Shown here in pieces: positions 61,460-64,000 of a DNA stretch of 64,000 bases. The stretch's first letter is position 1; each line of letters opens with the position of its first letter. The notes under the pieces were generated by a model. The model saw only the letters and a program-made list of their open reading frames with translations. It was not told the origin of the DNA and made no database searches. Location: the NCBI GenBank assembly GCA_964016885.1, contig OZ024741.1, positions 120,218,001-120,282,000 of the forward strand, read 5' to 3'. Position numbers and translations under genes: made by a program. Source of the DNA: Eledone cirrhosa (taxonomy: Eukaryota).

Positions 61460-63950
61460 ACTATATATAAGAGAGAGATTTGGATGTGTCTGGGTGTGGC
61501 GTGTGTATGTGTGTATGTGTGTGTGTATGTGTGTGTGTGTATGTATGTATACTTTCATTCCTCAGGAGCTTCATCATCATCAACACTCATTAACACCACA
61601 CGCCACACCCCAGACGCATCCAAATCTCTCTCTTATATTTTATCTGATGATGACGTACTGAAGAAGAAAAAAACACAGTACCTTTGAAATATATATAATA
61701 AAGCATATATTTTGATTATGTAAATATCTTTCATTTGTTAATATTTTGAATTATATTAAAAACTCCAGGAAAACTTTTCTCGCTTCTGTGTCTTTTATAT
61801 CGGTAATCTAACTTACTCGGTCCTCAATGTTGCCATTGACTGACCGACGGTCAAAAATAATACAGATACAATATAGTATTTTTGTGAAACACTTTTCCAG
61901 CTCCGTTTTGCACTCCATAGGGTTAATCTTTTTGTAGATGGCAAATTTTGGTGGTAGCCGCAGGATTTGTTGTTCTTGTTCACTGATTAAAGTGTTCCCA
62001 TAAATATTTACTGTGTGGTCATTGGTAAATTCTTCCGGTAGTTTTACATCAGTCATACGGATATTGTCGATGTTATCTGGGTATTTTTGAGAATATTCTG
62101 TTTTCCTTTCTTGTAGTTTTTTCTTATTCTTCCATTCTAATTTCTTATTGAAATGCCTATTGCATTCGTTTCGGGCGTATTTCGTTTCACGTCGGATGAC
62201 GCTCATGAAGTTATCCCTCTCGTTTGGTGTGGTGAGATTTCGGACTTCCTTACCGTTAATGCGTTTCTGTCTGTAAAGTTCGTTGACTGTTGTGTATGTT
62301 CTTTTCATATTAACTGTTATTGTGTGTTTTAGTTGTTCAGCTTGTGTTTTGTTCAATAATAAATTATTTACTTGTTTTGATATGTTTGTTGTGTATGTTT
62401 TGGAGGAAAAACAGTGTTTTAAGAAGCGGATTTGTTCTGTTGTTATTGTAGTGACCTTAAACGTTTCTGCCCTAGTAGACCTATAAGAGGTAGACCCCCC
62501 ACCATAACCTCAATGGCAAAAAAGACTCCCATGGGAAGGTGGATTGGGTGGACCAAAGCTATACGGACCCCCCAAAACAATGATCAGGTAAGAAAAATGG
62601 TCGCACATGCAATAGGGGCTAGTATCAAAACTACCCTAAAGGGCCACATATTTAAGTTCAATGAGAAAATCTACACCTAAAATGAGGGAGCAGCCATCGG
62701 CGTCAGCATAGCTGGTGATGTTGCCAACCTTTTCATGGTATGGTGGGAAAGGAGACTTAAAGATCTCCTTAATGAGAGCTCCATAGACCTCATCATGTAC
62801 TCTCGTTATGTAGACGATATCAATATAGTTATAAGAACACCCCCACTAGAGAGCACTAACAAGTTCGATTTAGAACGTAGCACGATGGAAAGCATCCAGC
62901 AGATAGCTAATCCCATACACCAGAGTATAACTGTAACTATCGACTTCCCTTCCAAACACCCTAACTACCTGTATTAGACACAGAACTCTGGATTAACACT
63001 ATAGACGAGAGATCCCAAATTCTCCACTCACACTATGCTAAACCCATGGCCTCCAAATACTTGATACTCAAAACTCAGCAATGTTCAGTAGTGCTAAGTT
63101 TAATATTCTGATCGCAGATTTGGTACGAGTGATGAAGAATGTGTCCAGCATGTGCGACCCAACAGAAATGGAGAGACACATCCAACACTTCATCAACCGC
63201 ATGCAGTTCTCTGGCTACAACCAAAGAGACAGAGTCAGAGTATACGAAGGAGCCATGGAGAAGTATAAGACCCTCATAGAATTGGACATGAAAGGAATTT
63301 GCCCATTATACAGGAGCAAATCATGGAATAGCTTAGATAGGGCTAGACATAAGATAGGGAAAGCCACCTCATGGTACGACAACCAGAGATACCAGAGTGT
63401 CATGTTTGTGGACGCTACCCTACCCCTGGAGGGAAATTAGCTAACCAGTGTAGAAAGGCCCTGAGAAAGACCCACTTAAAAATAAAGGTGGTAGAAAAGC
63501 CAGGAACCACCATAAAATCCCTGATCAGCAAAACCTACCCTTTTAAGAAAACCCACTGTACCAATAGGAAATGTACCATATGTAAGGTGAACCCCCGGAT
63601 AAACTGTAAAATTAGAAACGCAGTCTATAGCATAAGATGTACAGAGGGTACTTGCAGAAACATGACAACAACATACATAGGTGAAACAGCTCGTAGCATA
63701 GGTGAAAGGATAGACCAACACTGGGGGGAACTAAAAGGACGAAAAAACGGGTCAGTACTAAACGAACATGCTAGACAACAACATGACGGTAACATAGACA
63801 ACATAGAAATTAGAATAATATCTAAACATAGAAATGACCCAGCAGATAGGCAAATCAGAGAGGCCAGTGAAATGGAAATTAGAAGACCAAGACTAAACAG
63901 AATGAATGGAATAACAACAACACCCAAACAAACAACACTGACCTAAGAGA
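61460..63950 (+). mobile_element. Second-clade Penelope-like element: pLTR, inverted N-terminal ORF piece (61876-62445, minus), RT + GIY-YIG (62450-63946, plus, disrupted)
   Basis: GAAIGVSIAG, YSRYVDD, CKIRNAVYSIRC..YIGETARSIGERIDQH; minus piece EQQILRLPPKFAI typical of a PLE N-terminus. Confidence 0.85.
61639..61702 (+). ncRNA. Minimal hammerhead ribozyme in a pLTR
   Basis: tttat CTGATGA tgac gtactg..cagtac cttt GAAA tatata TA ataaa. Confidence 0.75.
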
Positions 63951-64000
63951 AGTATAAATAAGTAAATAAAATAAAATAAATAAATAAATAAATAAATAAA

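Overview
Repeat-dense, AT-rich eukaryotic (animal) DNA. The SINE family and the intronless Cys-rich GPCR suggest an octopod cephalopod; this is inference, not checked. Only one host gene is visible: a single-exon Methuselah/adhesion-type 7TM GPCR (54993-56977) broken by one frameshift. The rest is mostly retroelements. There are about 8 copies or fragments of a Tx1/L1-type LINE, one with an intact 1139-aa ORF2. There are 4 R4/Dong-type RLE LINEs flanked by (ACAT)n, an RTE LINE with three C-terminal C2H2 fingers plus 3' remnants, and two clades of Penelope-like elements (PLEs) with satellites sitting in (TA)n tracts. At least 6 intact minimal hammerhead ribozymes are readable by eye, along with about 12 tRNA-derived SINEs and a hAT MITE. 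Main leads: (1) a GTAAGT splice donor conserved on the ORF1 stop of four divergent Tx1 copies, with a candidate acceptor in the 3' UTR, so ORF2 could be an intron; (2) a non-coding, hammerhead-bearing 1.84-kb retrozyme-like unit; (3) a SINE whose 3' end matches the Tx1 3' end; (4) partition of microsatellite niches, in which RTE tails appear to supply the target for R4 elements.
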